DNA from: Bacteroidales bacterium
Lineage (GTDB): Bacteria > Bacteroidota > Bacteroidia > Bacteroidales > VadinHA17
Length of the DNA stretch: 61,424 bases
Direction: 5' to 3'
Assembly: GCA_003141525.1 (NCBI GenBank)
Contig: PLML01000190.1
Coordinates: forward strand, 8,165 to 69,588
The stretch's first letter is position 1. Each line of letters starts with the position of its first letter. The notes beneath the pieces were generated by a model, which worked only from the letters and a program-made list of their open reading frames with translations, made no database searches and was not told where the DNA came from. Shown piece after piece: positions 1 through 9,485 of the stretch. A program made the position numbers and the translations under genes.

Positions 1-1118
1 ATGGTCCATTCAAGTTCATTGTAGTCTTCAAAACCTACAGATAACCTTATCATTCCTGGTTCAGGATATTTAGTTCCCCAGACAGCTTCAACCGGCATCA
101 GAATAGTATGCGGGTCGCCAAGAGTTGGTATGAGTTTTATCTTTTCTGCGACCAGTGAAATAAATTTATCTCGCCTGCTCCTCTTTTCATTATTATCTTT
201 CCCCTGGAAATCAAATGTTATCATAGCACCAAATCCTTTTTTCCCGAATAATTTTTCAGCTGTCACATGTGTGGAATGATTTTTCAAACCAGGAAAACAG
301 ACCTCTTCTATAATTGGTTTCCTGTTAAGGTATCCGGCAAGTTTAGAAGCATTACTACATTGACATGAGAACCTTAGTTCGAATGATTGTATTTGAGTCT
401 GCAATCTATAGGCGTCATCGGGTGAAAGAAGATGCCCTACAAACTTTCTGTACTCAATGGCTGATTTCATGATTTCTTTATCATCTCCACAAATTACACC
501 TGCGGTGAGGTTGCCATGTCCGGAAAAATATTTTGTAGCGCTGTGAATTACAATATCAGCTCCGTCTGTCAGTGGTTTATAAAGCAATGGTGTTGCAAAT
601 GTATTATCAACAATAACCTTTGTCCCATGTTTCTTTGCAATAGTGGTAATATTAGCCACATCTGCGACAATAAGCATCGGGTTTGAGATTGTCTCAACAT
701 AAACAAACTCAGGTTTCAAAACTGATATTACCTTCTCGAATTTATCAAGGTTATAATTTCCATTATCAGGAGTAAAATACTGAATATCAAGACCTCTCCG
801 ATACTTCAGGACTGACTCTATAAATGAAATAGTTCCGCCATAGATTTCTGTGAAGAATAACCATGGTCTGGTATCTTTTCCGCGCTGAAATACTGAAAGA
901 GCAGTATCAATGGCAGACATCCCCGACTGCGTCAGCAATGCCCATTTACAGCCTTCGAGTTTCATTATTTCCTCTTCAGCAGATACAACAGTAGGGTTGC
1001 GATAACGTGAATAGATATAGATATCAGGTTCTCTTTCGTGTTCTGTTTCTTTCCTGAAAGCATCTGCTGTCGTTAAAGCATCATGAAGTTCAAAGCCTGC
1101 ATCCCTGTAAACAGGCAT
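1..1118 (-). CDS. PLP-dependent Cys/Met-metabolism enzyme (cystathionine gamma-synthase/lyase or O-acetylhomoserine sulfhydrylase family); 3' end cut by the window edge
   Basis: Absent from the ORF track because it runs off the edge. My minus-strand translation from ATG at 1118 reads MPVYRDAGFELHDAL...SRYRNPT...ETISNPML...HSATKYFSGHG (PLP-lysine motif S-x-T-K-[YF]-x-x-GH). It starts 10 nt after the stop of the upstream Fe-S gene. Confidence 0.8.
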   Translation of the reverse strand, partial: MPVYRDAGFELHDALTTADAFRKETEHEREPDIYIYSRYRNPTVVSAEEEIMKLEGCKWALLTQSGMSAIDTALSVFQRGKDTRPWLFFTEIYGGTISFIESVLKYRRGLDIQYFTPDNGNYNLDKFEKVISVLKPEFVYVETISNPMLIVADVANITTIAKKHGTKVIVDNTFATPLLYKPLTDGADIVIHSATKYFSGHGNLTAGVICGDDKEIMKSAIEYRKFVGHLLSPDDAYRLQTQIQSFELRFSCQCSNASKLAGYLNRKPIIEEVCFPGLKNHSTHVTAEKLFGKKGFGAMITFDFQGKDNNEKRSRRDKFISLVAEKIKLIPTLGDPHTILMPVEAVWGTKYPEPGMIRLSVGFEDYNELEWT

Positions 1119-1128
1119 CCTGGAACTA

Positions 1129-2448
1129 TTAACCTCTTTTCTTTTCATCTCTCTCAATAATTAATTTTTCATCAATCAATGTGTTTATATTCAGCGGATT
1201 AAAATCAATATAAAAAAATATCCGGTCTAAAAGTTCACCAATCAGAAATATAGAAGATATAAAAATGTAAATATTGGAAATGTTTAAAATCATGCTGATT
1301 CCGGAAATAACCAGAAAAGCTATTCTAAGGAATCTGATACCAAAATCTGCTAAGTTCGACTTGTTGACAGAAAGGCTATAAACTGATAATAATAACTTAA
1401 TAGATCCTATAAAAACGAATGGAATTACAATTCCGGAAAAAAATGAAACTATCAATAACGCACTGACAAAAGTCTGGCCGCTGTGCAGAATAACTGATCT
1501 GCTGTAGTCTGCATATATATAGACACTGTCTATCACAAGAAGGAAAATGAGTCCGATAATTGAAGAAGCCACAAGAAAACCCGGGAGATGGAAAAAAACC
1601 GTTGCTGAAGATGCAATCGCATAGACAATTAAAACTGCAATCTCACGGCTTAAAGGCGAGTTTTTAAGGTTTTGAACAGATCTCCATGATCTTAGTTTTC
1701 TACCGAGGTGAAAAAAAGAAACCATTCCAGCCAGCAGAATAACAGGAATAAAAATCATTTTATCAGGAAATATTCCTTTGATAAAGCAGGTAATTACAGT
1801 TGCTACTGAGAGTGTCGATAGAAAACTGAATATAATCAGACTCAATTCATTTGAAATATTTTTTCCCGCTATAACTGGTTTTGGAACTATCTGTTCATAG
1901 ATAATTTCGGGAATGATTTTTAATGGAGTATTCTTATCGCTGCCTGCAAATTCGATTGCCGGATTAAGCTTTTTATCGGGGAACCACGAATAATTCATGT
2001 AAGAATCCGTTTCAGTTAGCTGACCAAACTTTAGAGCACCTGTAGGGCAGGCCGATGAACAGGCCGGTTGCCGACCCTCAATCAATCCGTAATAACAAAG
2101 ATTGCATTTTGCTATTGTTCTGTTTTCAGAATTAAATTTTGGGGCATCGTACGGGCAGTTCCATTGACAATACCTGCATCCGATACATTTCATTTCATCA
2201 AGTAATATTGCTCCGGTCACAGTCTCCCTGCTATAAGCTGATGCAGGGCATCCTTCCATGCAAACAGCTGATTCACAATGATTACAGGCTAAGGACAAAT
2301 TAATGATGGGAAATAAATGCTCTGCTTCAGAATTAAACGTAAATATATTCCTTGGGTGTACAGTCCAACCGTTTTCAAGAATACAAGCTGCATTGCATGC
2401 ATTGCAATTAACACATTTGTTATGGTTAAAAATAAAACCTTTGCGCAT
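1129..2448 (-). CDS. Four-cluster 4Fe-4S ferredoxin subunit (DmsB/PsrB/NrfC-like) fused to a polytopic membrane anchor (DmsC-like)
   Basis: Four Cys groups: CVNCNACNAAC, CNHCESAVCMEGCP, CIGCRYCQWNCP, CNLCYY..CSSACP. The C-terminal ~240 aa holds about 7-8 hydrophobic helices. Its start lies 2 nt after the stop of the Mo subunit gene. Confidence 0.85.
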   Translation of the reverse strand: MRKGFIFNHNKCVNCNACNAACILENGWTVHPRNIFTFNSEAEHLFPIINLSLACNHCESAVCMEGCPASAYSRETVTGAILLDEMKCIGCRYCQWNCPYDAPKFNSENRTIAKCNLCYYGLIEGRQPACSSACPTGALKFGQLTETDSYMNYSWFPDKKLNPAIEFAGSDKNTPLKIIPEIIYEQIVPKPVIAGKNISNELSLIIFSFLSTLSVATVITCFIKGIFPDKMIFIPVILLAGMVSFFHLGRKLRSWRSVQNLKNSPLSREIAVLIVYAIASSATVFFHLPGFLVASSIIGLIFLLVIDSVYIYADYSRSVILHSGQTFVSALLIVSFFSGIVIPFVFIGSIKLLLSVYSLSVNKSNLADFGIRFLRIAFLVISGISMILNISNIYIFISSIFLIGELLDRIFFYIDFNPLNINTLIDEKLIIERDEKKRG

Positions 2449-2450
2449 AA

Positions 2451-4481
2451 TTAATCAACTTCTTCAATTTCGACCATGTAATCATGAAATACTGCACCAA
2501 ATCCAATGTCGGTTTCCTCTCCTGCAATGAGCCGGTTTGCTCCTCCCCCCTCATTAAACCAAATTCCGTTCGGAATTACTACCAAACCTGATGGAACCCT
2601 ATTTGAGATTTCCACCCTGCTTATGAATCCTCCATTTTGATTGAAAACTTTTATTCTTTGTCCTGTTTTAATGTTCCGCTTATTCGCATCAACAGGCGAG
2701 ATTCTGACAACAGGTTCCGTATTTGTATCTTTAATTATCTTCAAATTACCAAACTGTGAGTGAATACGACTACCGGTATTTGGAGTTATGAGTTCTAACG
2801 GGTACTTCTTTCCTTCCTCAGTATGAATAATTGCGGTATAATCAGGCAATGCTGAAATTCCCCACTTCACGAGAGCTTCCGAAGAATAAATTTCAATTTT
2901 GCCTGATGGAGTTTCAAATTTCAGATCTTCAAAGGCGATTTGCTGAAGTCCCGGAGCAAGAACAGGTGACTCTATTAGCCTGTTAAGACCAATTTCCGGA
3001 TGACCGCTTATCTTCTTTTCAAGCCATTGTTCTATATTATCGTTCCCCGGTTCCGGTATTATTTCATTACTGATTTTCAGATTTAACTTTTTTGAAAGAT
3101 GGAAATAAATTTCACTTTCAGGAAGCACTTCACCGGGAGATTGAATCACTTTAGGTTTGAATTGAATATATGGAGACCAGTATGATCCGATAATATCAGA
3201 TTGCTCAAACATATCCTTGGCGGGAAGAATTATATCTGCCATAACTGCAGTGTCTGTCATGAATTGTTCAACGACAACTTTGAACAACAGATTTGAAAAT
3301 GCTTTTATTACATTATTCGTATCAGGCGACTGGAGAACAGGATTACCTCTTTCTATCCATGCTGCTTTAAGTTCCGGATCACTGGCACTCAGCATATCTG
3401 ATCCCAGTTTTGCCATTGAGATTGTCCGCCTGAATGGGATATCTTTTTCAGGATCAGGGTAATATGATAACGGTTCCCTGAGATTATCAAAAATATAGCT
3501 TTGCAGGTTCGCGTAATTAAATCCGGAGCCAGATTTACCAATATTCCCGGTCAGTACAGAAAGTAAAAGAATTGATCGTATTGTCTGACCTCCGTTTTTG
3601 TGACGCTGCAATCCATATCCGGGAAGGATTGTCAAGGGTCCGGATTTTCCAATTATACGTGCAAGTTCAATAATATTTTCAGAAGGAATACCTGTAATTA
3701 ATTCAGCATCATCGGGTGAAATGCGTAAAGATTGTTTTAATTCATCAAAGCCCTTTACATGCCTGGCTATGAACTCATGATCAATCAGATCATTATCAAT
3801 GAGTTCTTTTACAACAGCAAGGGCCAGTGCACCATCTGTTCCGGGTTTGGGGCTGAAAAGCATATCTGCCTTATCTGCTGTTGCCGTCCGTAATGGATCA
3901 ATGACGATTATTCTGCAGCCCTTTTCTTTTGCTCCTGCAATGAAAGCAATCTCCTGGATATTGGTTTCAGCAGGATTTTTCCCCCATATAATTATTGTTT
4001 TAGCATTTACGAGATCCCATGGAACATTGTGTTTTACGGAACCTAATGTCAGCCTTACAGCCTCAAGTCCTGCCGGCCAGCAAAGATTACCATATGTTAT
4101 TGTTGTCCCCCCGAATGCCTTCCAGAATGAATAACCAATTTCATTTGTCAGTCCTGACATTCCGCTTCCTCTGTACCAGAGAATACTCCGCGAACCCCAT
4201 TTTTCTTTTATTAAATTGAGCTTACCACTTAGAATATCAAAAGCTTCATTGCTGCTGATTTCTTCAAATTTGCCTGTTGATGTTTTTATCAAAGGATGAA
4301 TAATCCTTTCAGGGGAATTAGTTCTTTCAATATAAGACAATCCTTTTATACATGGACCTTCCGGCGTTGCAAGGTTACCTGAATATGGAAGTATCCTGAT
4401 GATTCGGTTATTTTCAACCTGCACCCTGAATGAACATGTACTATAGCAGTTTCTGGGGCAAGCTGTTACAAATTCTGCCAT
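2451..4481 (-). CDS. Molybdopterin (bis-MGD) oxidoreductase catalytic subunit, DMSO reductase superfamily, without signal peptide
   Basis: The N-terminus MAEFVTACPRNCYSTCSF...GPCIKG gives a C-x3-C-x3-C...C FS0 motif. 676 aa with MopB-like core motifs (IIIWGKNPAETN, VIDPLRT) and a C-terminal beta-barrel-like tail. No RR Tat motif. Confidence 0.9.
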   Translation of the reverse strand: MAEFVTACPRNCYSTCSFRVQVENNRIIRILPYSGNLATPEGPCIKGLSYIERTNSPERIIHPLIKTSTGKFEEISSNEAFDILSGKLNLIKEKWGSRSILWYRGSGMSGLTNEIGYSFWKAFGGTTITYGNLCWPAGLEAVRLTLGSVKHNVPWDLVNAKTIIIWGKNPAETNIQEIAFIAGAKEKGCRIIVIDPLRTATADKADMLFSPKPGTDGALALAVVKELIDNDLIDHEFIARHVKGFDELKQSLRISPDDAELITGIPSENIIELARIIGKSGPLTILPGYGLQRHKNGGQTIRSILLLSVLTGNIGKSGSGFNYANLQSYIFDNLREPLSYYPDPEKDIPFRRTISMAKLGSDMLSASDPELKAAWIERGNPVLQSPDTNNVIKAFSNLLFKVVVEQFMTDTAVMADIILPAKDMFEQSDIIGSYWSPYIQFKPKVIQSPGEVLPESEIYFHLSKKLNLKISNEIIPEPGNDNIEQWLEKKISGHPEIGLNRLIESPVLAPGLQQIAFEDLKFETPSGKIEIYSSEALVKWGISALPDYTAIIHTEEGKKYPLELITPNTGSRIHSQFGNLKIIKDTNTEPVVRISPVDANKRNIKTGQRIKVFNQNGGFISRVEISNRVPSGLVVIPNGIWFNEGGGANRLIAGEETDIGFGAVFHDYMVEIEEVD

Positions 4482-4562
4482 TATTTATATGATAATGGCA
4501 AATGTATCAATATAACTATAAAAAAGAAAGAGGTAAAAAGATCCTCACCCTGAGATCAAAGA

Positions 4563-4982
4563 TTATTTCAAAACCAGCGCTTCTTCAAGAATGACATTAC
4601 TTATTTTAAGTTCCCTGTTGTTCAGATCAGAAATATATATTTCATAAGTAATCCTGTCCCTTCCGATATATGTCAGGTAAGTATAATTTACGACGCCGGT
4701 TGAAAACTTCATCGGGCTACCGTCTATATTTATTTTTGCAGAAATTTCTGCCTTGGGATAAGCTTTAGTAAATCGGAAATAATCAGATGTGGAACCATTT
4801 GCAATAGCTCCAATAGTATCAATGTCTTCCGGTTTTTCTGAAGTGCTGACAATTACCTCCTGAAAATTCTGATCTGATAAATTTCTTATTCTGACATCAG
4901 TCGGCCCTTCAGGTGAGAATTCCTTTTTTTTGCATGCAATAGCTGATAACAGAAGAAAAAAAATTATAACGAGCTTTTTCAT
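4563..4982 (-). CDS. Hypothetical lipoprotein
   Basis: Signal peptide MKKLVIIFFLLLSAIAC with a lipobox-like Cys. I recognise no family. Confidence 0.6.
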   Translation of the reverse strand: MKKLVIIFFLLLSAIACKKKEFSPEGPTDVRIRNLSDQNFQEVIVSTSEKPEDIDTIGAIANGSTSDYFRFTKAYPKAEISAKINIDGSPMKFSTGVVNYTYLTYIGRDRITYEIYISDLNNRELKISNVILEEALVLK

Positions 4983-5046
4983 GATCAGGAATAAATATTA
5001 ACCTTTATTTTTTGACCAGAAATATACCAAATTAGTTGTAAACAGA

Positions 5047-5817
5047 TTAAATAATAATAATACTATTTAAAGGAACCCATCCTTTGTTGCCGTCTGAAAG
5101 CCTGATTTCAGTCCATTCACCTACTTCATCCTCAATGGTTACCCTGGTACCTTCGTGCAAAACAAAAAGATCATTTCCGCTCTTGTCAGGTGAGCTTTTT
5201 CCACTCACCATCGGACTTGAAATAATTGCTTTATGACTATTGTAAACCAATGATTTATTCCTTCCCGTAAAAGCTAAAGAAGTAAGTGACAGAATTATAA
5301 AAAAGACTGCTAACCAGAATCCTATGACTTTATTTCGATGCCTGCGTGAATAGATATATAAGGACAGCAATAACAGGAAGAGAACAAATGAAGTAATGCT
5401 GATTTTTGCCCAGGTGTTTGCAGACAGAAAAAGTGAGACAAAATTATACCATTTGATGAAAAATAATTCCGGAATTTCCTGAAAACGATCCACAATCAGA
5501 GTTCTGGCAACCTGAATATTATAATTTATATCTTCATCTGCTGGTTTAAGCAGGTATGCACGTTCATAAAAGAGAATTGCTAAGGGAATATTATTAATTT
5601 TAAAATAAGCATTCCCTATATTATAATCCAGATTTGCAGACCTGTAACCGGTATTATAAATATCTGTCCAGACCTGTAAAGCCTCTTTGTAGCTGCCAGC
5701 TGTAAAATACGTAACTCCCTGGTAAAATTTATCCTTATTGGTACCCTGTGAAACAGCTGCACGAACAAAGAGAGAGATGAAAATAAAGATTAAAATATAT
5801 TGCTTTTTTGTGTTCAT
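5047..5817 (-). CDS. batE: BatE-like protein (TPR repeats, TM segments, C-terminal SH3b-like domain)
   Basis: Last gene of the Bat operon by order. TPR-like N-terminus, hydrophobic mid-region, and C-terminal GEWTEIRLSDGNKGWVPLNSI typical of bacterial SH3. Confidence 0.75.
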   Translation of the reverse strand: MNTKKQYILIFIFISLFVRAAVSQGTNKDKFYQGVTYFTAGSYKEALQVWTDIYNTGYRSANLDYNIGNAYFKINNIPLAILFYERAYLLKPADEDINYNIQVARTLIVDRFQEIPELFFIKWYNFVSLFLSANTWAKISITSFVLFLLLLSLYIYSRRHRNKVIGFWLAVFFIILSLTSLAFTGRNKSLVYNSHKAIISSPMVSGKSSPDKSGNDLFVLHEGTRVTIEDEVGEWTEIRLSDGNKGWVPLNSIIII

Positions 5818-5820
5818 TTT

Positions 5821-7641
5821 TTAGCCTATTAAGTTTTCAACTGACTTAATAAAATTTGATGCACCCTCATAAATCGATGCGGCCTCCGCACCGGATGAAG
5901 ATGGAGCAAATCTTTCAAATTCACAGGCATCAAGAATTTTTGACAGACTTTTTATATCATCATCCTCAATACCCTGCTCCAGAAGAGAGGCGATGGCATT
6001 ATTCCTTGTAAGATCCGAGACCGGAATACTAAGCTTGTCACTCAGATAACCCCAGATAGCTTTAAGTATCTCATCGTAAAACTGATCTAATTCTTCGTTT
6101 TTCAGACAAACAGATGCGAGATGAAGCCTTTTAATGGCAACTTTTCCGGCTTTCCTGTTCCTTACGATAGATAAATCAGAATTTCGTCTGATATGTTCTC
6201 TTCTCAGAAAAAGTATCAGAAGGAAAGCCAAAAGTGAAAATGCGTAAGCGCTATAAAATGATCGTTTCGATATTAATATATTATCAGTTTTTTTAAGATT
6301 GCCCGGATCTGATTTTACAAACCTTATATCCTTTCCGAGATACTTGACATCTTCCTTTGATACACTTCCATAAACAGTGGCTCCGGTATTCTGTTCATTT
6401 ACCTTCCGTGCACTAAAATGAAACTCTGCAGTAGTAAGTTTTTCATATCTTCCGGTTGCAATATTGAAATAAGAATAAGTTATGGGCGGGATTGTAAAAT
6501 CACCATAATGCCGTGGAATCATAAGATATTCAAAGCTTTTTTGTCCGGTTGTTCCATTAGGTCCGTTCTTAAGATCATCCGTTATTTTAGGATCATAAAC
6601 TTCAATATCAGGAGACAATTTAAGTACAGGAGCCGAGGCAATCTTCAGGTTTCCGTTTCCTGAAATGACTATTTTGAAATTTACGGCATCATTTACATTG
6701 ACAGACTCTTTGTTCAATGTAGCCTTCAGATCGAGTTTCCCCACAACACCTGAAAAATCGACTGGTTGAACACCGGGTAATGGTTTAACTTTTATCCTGA
6801 CAGACTGACTTGCAGCAGCTTTTGGCACTGTCTGATAGGTTGAAAAGAAATCACCAAAAAACGGATCAGACTTTCCTCTTGATTTTTGTTGCACAAGTAC
6901 TGATATCTGAACCGGATCAATATTGATTTCGCCGGTAACCTGCGGATAAAGGAGGAATTGCTGTATAACTCCTGATCCATATATTGTGCCGTTAACATTT
7001 TCCTGCCTGAGAGAAGTAAGAGGCGGTGTTTCAATATCAGATCGGAGGAAACTGTTAAAAGACGGGTACTTTATTTCATTAATTCCGGAGATATTTACAC
7101 GCGAATAAATTTTAACAGTCGCAACGATCGGCTCACCAAGAAAAACTTCTTTTCGGTTGACAAACAGATTGATGAAAAGATCTTTTCCCGCGGATTCTAC
7201 TTCTGTATTGCTTGTGGGATTGTTATTACCTGATGTGACATTTTGCTTTTGAGAACTACTGCTTATAACTTCAATGTGAATTGAATCAGAGGAAAAAGTT
7301 TTGTTTTTAAGAGTGAAGATAGCTGGTGAAATAACAAATTTACCTTCTTTGACAGCCTGCAGGTAATACACATAGGAATAAGAAGTCTGATTAGACATTT
7401 TCCCGTTTATTATTTGTGTACTCGAACTGTAGGATGTCTGAGGACCCATTAGTTTATAAAAACCATTGAATGATGGCGCTGTAAACTCTCCTCCACCTGC
7501 ATTTACTGTCCACATCACAGTGAATTGTTCTCCTGCATTTACTACAGCAGGATATTCAGCTTTCACATATACATCCTGCCCTGAAACAGAGCATGATATT
7601 AAAAAGATTAGCAGATATAATAATGTCCTTTTCATTTTCAT
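5821..7641 (-). CDS. batD: BatD-like oxygen-tolerance family protein
   Basis: 606 aa with a signal peptide, a long beta-rich ectodomain, a single TM near residue 470 and a cytoplasmic tail. Its position between batC and batE matches the Bacteroides aerotolerance operon. Confidence 0.75.
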   Translation of the reverse strand: MKMKRTLLYLLIFLISCSVSGQDVYVKAEYPAVVNAGEQFTVMWTVNAGGGEFTAPSFNGFYKLMGPQTSYSSSTQIINGKMSNQTSYSYVYYLQAVKEGKFVISPAIFTLKNKTFSSDSIHIEVISSSSQKQNVTSGNNNPTSNTEVESAGKDLFINLFVNRKEVFLGEPIVATVKIYSRVNISGINEIKYPSFNSFLRSDIETPPLTSLRQENVNGTIYGSGVIQQFLLYPQVTGEINIDPVQISVLVQQKSRGKSDPFFGDFFSTYQTVPKAAASQSVRIKVKPLPGVQPVDFSGVVGKLDLKATLNKESVNVNDAVNFKIVISGNGNLKIASAPVLKLSPDIEVYDPKITDDLKNGPNGTTGQKSFEYLMIPRHYGDFTIPPITYSYFNIATGRYEKLTTAEFHFSARKVNEQNTGATVYGSVSKEDVKYLGKDIRFVKSDPGNLKKTDNILISKRSFYSAYAFSLLAFLLILFLRREHIRRNSDLSIVRNRKAGKVAIKRLHLASVCLKNEELDQFYDEILKAIWGYLSDKLSIPVSDLTRNNAIASLLEQGIEDDDIKSLSKILDACEFERFAPSSSGAEAASIYEGASNFIKSVENLIG

Positions 7642-7651
7642 TCTATCCAGA

Positions 7652-8425
7652 TTACCAGTTTTTCACTGTTCTGACTTTTGTTTTTGATGCTTTTGCAAGT
7701 TTAACTTTTTCCTGGACATTTTTTTCATCATTGGCCAGGGAATTCAGCAGTCTTTGAGCATCATCTTTTGAAATTTCCTGATTCTGAGGCTGTTGTTGTT
7801 TCTGATCCTGATTTTTGTTCTGATCCTTTTGCTGATCCTTGTTTTTATCATTTTGATCTTTCTGATCTTTCTTCTGGTCCTGCTTGTTTTTGTCCTTGTT
7901 CTGATCCTTCTTATCCTTATCCTTTTGCTGTTTTTTCTGCTGCTCCTGCTGTTGTTTCAACAAGTCCTGTGCATATGACAGATTGTATTTAGCTTCCCGG
8001 TTGTCAGGACGGAGCTTAAGAGAGTTTTTATACGCATCGATACTTTCCTGCACTTTATTTGCTTTTAGCAAAGAATTTCCAAGATTGTACAATCCTGATG
8101 ATTTCTTTATTCTGTCATCATTCTGATTAATGTTCTCAACGAATTGTTTGCCTGCTTCTTCAAACTTATTCTGTTTATAAAGTGCATCTCCGACATTAAA
8201 TACGGCATCGGTGGATTCTTTATTATTATCAGCAGCTTTTCTATATGATATCTCGGAATCTGAAAACTTATTCTTCTCATATTCCCTGTTACCCTTTCGA
8301 ATGTATTTTTTGTCTGCTTGTCCGTGAAGGGTGACAGAAATAATCATAAATACACAAATTGTAAAATTTCTGAGTATTGACCTGTTAACTTTTATTTTAA
8401 TCACTTCATGCATACCTGTTGACAC
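7652..8425 (-). CDS. batC: BatC-like TPR protein with a K/D/Q/N-rich low-complexity tail
   Basis: TPR-like repeats (YNLGNSLLKANKVQESIDAYKNSLKL) followed by a ~60-aa QQKKQQKDKDKKDQ... tract. Operon position supports the call. Confidence 0.75.
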   Translation of the reverse strand: MSTGMHEVIKIKVNRSILRNFTICVFMIISVTLHGQADKKYIRKGNREYEKNKFSDSEISYRKAADNNKESTDAVFNVGDALYKQNKFEEAGKQFVENINQNDDRIKKSSGLYNLGNSLLKANKVQESIDAYKNSLKLRPDNREAKYNLSYAQDLLKQQQEQQKKQQKDKDKKDQNKDKNKQDQKKDQKDQNDKNKDQQKDQNKNQDQKQQQPQNQEISKDDAQRLLNSLANDEKNVQEKVKLAKASKTKVRTVKNW

Positions 8426-8431
8426 CTTGAA

Positions 8432-9472
8432 TTAAACTTTAAATTTAAATAACCTGATGTTCACCAATCTCCTGTTTTTTCTTTCCATAATCATAAAATC
8501 AAAAAGTAGCAGAAATAAAGCGATTGCAGCAAATACCTGGAACTGGTCGTTATACTCTGTGTACATCGTGCTCTCGAGATCCTGCTTTTTCATTTTCTTA
8601 ATATCACGGAAGATTTCATCGAGCCCTATATTTGAATTGCTTGCCCTTACGTAATTACCATTTGTGCTTAAAGCTATTTTTTTAAGTATTTCTTCATCAA
8701 GCCTGGTTATGACAGTATTACCATCGACATCTTTAAGATAGTCCTTTCTGCCATTATTTATTACTGGTATCGGAACTCCCTCTGTCGAACCAATGCCTAA
8801 TGTATGTATTACAATACCGGCTTTTGATGCCTCTTCAGCTGCTTTTACGGGGTCATCTTCGTGGTTTTCTCCATCTGTTATGATTATCATGGCTTTACTT
8901 TTCCCCTCACCCGGACTGAATGATCTTACTCCAAGATTTATTGCTGCTCCAATTGCTGTTCCCTGTTTAGGTACAATATTCGGGTTTATTGATGAAAGAA
9001 ACATTTTTGCAGAGATATAATCTGTAGTAACCGGAATTTGAATATAAGCATCTCCTGCAAAGACGATAAGTCCTATTTTATCATTGTCAAGGTTATCAAC
9101 AAGACGAGATATTGCCTGTTTTGCCCTGGTGAGCCTGTTAGGTTGAATATCTTCCGCAAGCATAGAGTTGCTGACATCCAAAGCAATTATTACCTCCACT
9201 CCCTGTTTTTTGATATCTTCAATTTTCGATCCGAATTGCGGCCTCGAAAGCATGATTATGCCTGCTGAGACAGCAATCAATTGCAAAATGAATTTTATTA
9301 TAGGACGAATCCTTGACATTTCAGGGACGAGTCCGCTGACAAGGTTTATGTCACCCAGCCGTTTTAATGATTTCTTTTTCCTTAATTCATTTATTATATA
9401 TAATAGAATTATAACCGGAAGCAGAAGCAACAGGTACAAAAAAACTGGATTTGCAAATCTGAACAATTGCAT
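8432..9472 (-). CDS. batB: VWA-domain membrane protein, BatB-like
   Basis: N-terminal TMs, then the VWA MIDAS motif ALDVSNSM and IIITDGENHED. Second VWA gene of the operon. Confidence 0.85.
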   Translation of the reverse strand: MQLFRFANPVFLYLLLLLPVIILLYIINELRKKKSLKRLGDINLVSGLVPEMSRIRPIIKFILQLIAVSAGIIMLSRPQFGSKIEDIKKQGVEVIIALDVSNSMLAEDIQPNRLTRAKQAISRLVDNLDNDKIGLIVFAGDAYIQIPVTTDYISAKMFLSSINPNIVPKQGTAIGAAINLGVRSFSPGEGKSKAMIIITDGENHEDDPVKAAEEASKAGIVIHTLGIGSTEGVPIPVINNGRKDYLKDVDGNTVITRLDEEILKKIALSTNGNYVRASNSNIGLDEIFRDIKKMKKQDLESTMYTEYNDQFQVFAAIALFLLLFDFMIMERKNRRLVNIRLFKFKV

Positions 9473-9485
9473 TTTCTGTTCTGCG

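Noticed and set aside
2303-4219. Several 66-111 aa plus-strand ORFs inside the Mo-oxidoreductase locus
   Set aside because: All are fully nested antisense within long minus-strand genes carrying strong motifs. They have no start context or recognisable motifs. The same reasoning applies to the other nested antisense ORFs across the window (for example 13222-13719, 15072-15386, 17088-17715, 30558-31070 and 35183-35684).
4482-4562. Possible molybdenum-cofactor riboswitch or terminator upstream of the Mo-oxidoreductase gene
   Set aside because: The spacer is only 81 nt, too short for a Moco riboswitch. The only hairpin (GAGG...CCTC) has a 4-bp stem, so I make no call.
7768-7992. Plus-strand ORFs (74 and 61 aa) with extreme L/F/I or S/D/P composition
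   Set aside because: They lie antisense to the K/D/Q/N-rich low-complexity tract of batC. The open frames are a by-product of the repetitive AAG/GAT/CAG-type codons on the other strand.
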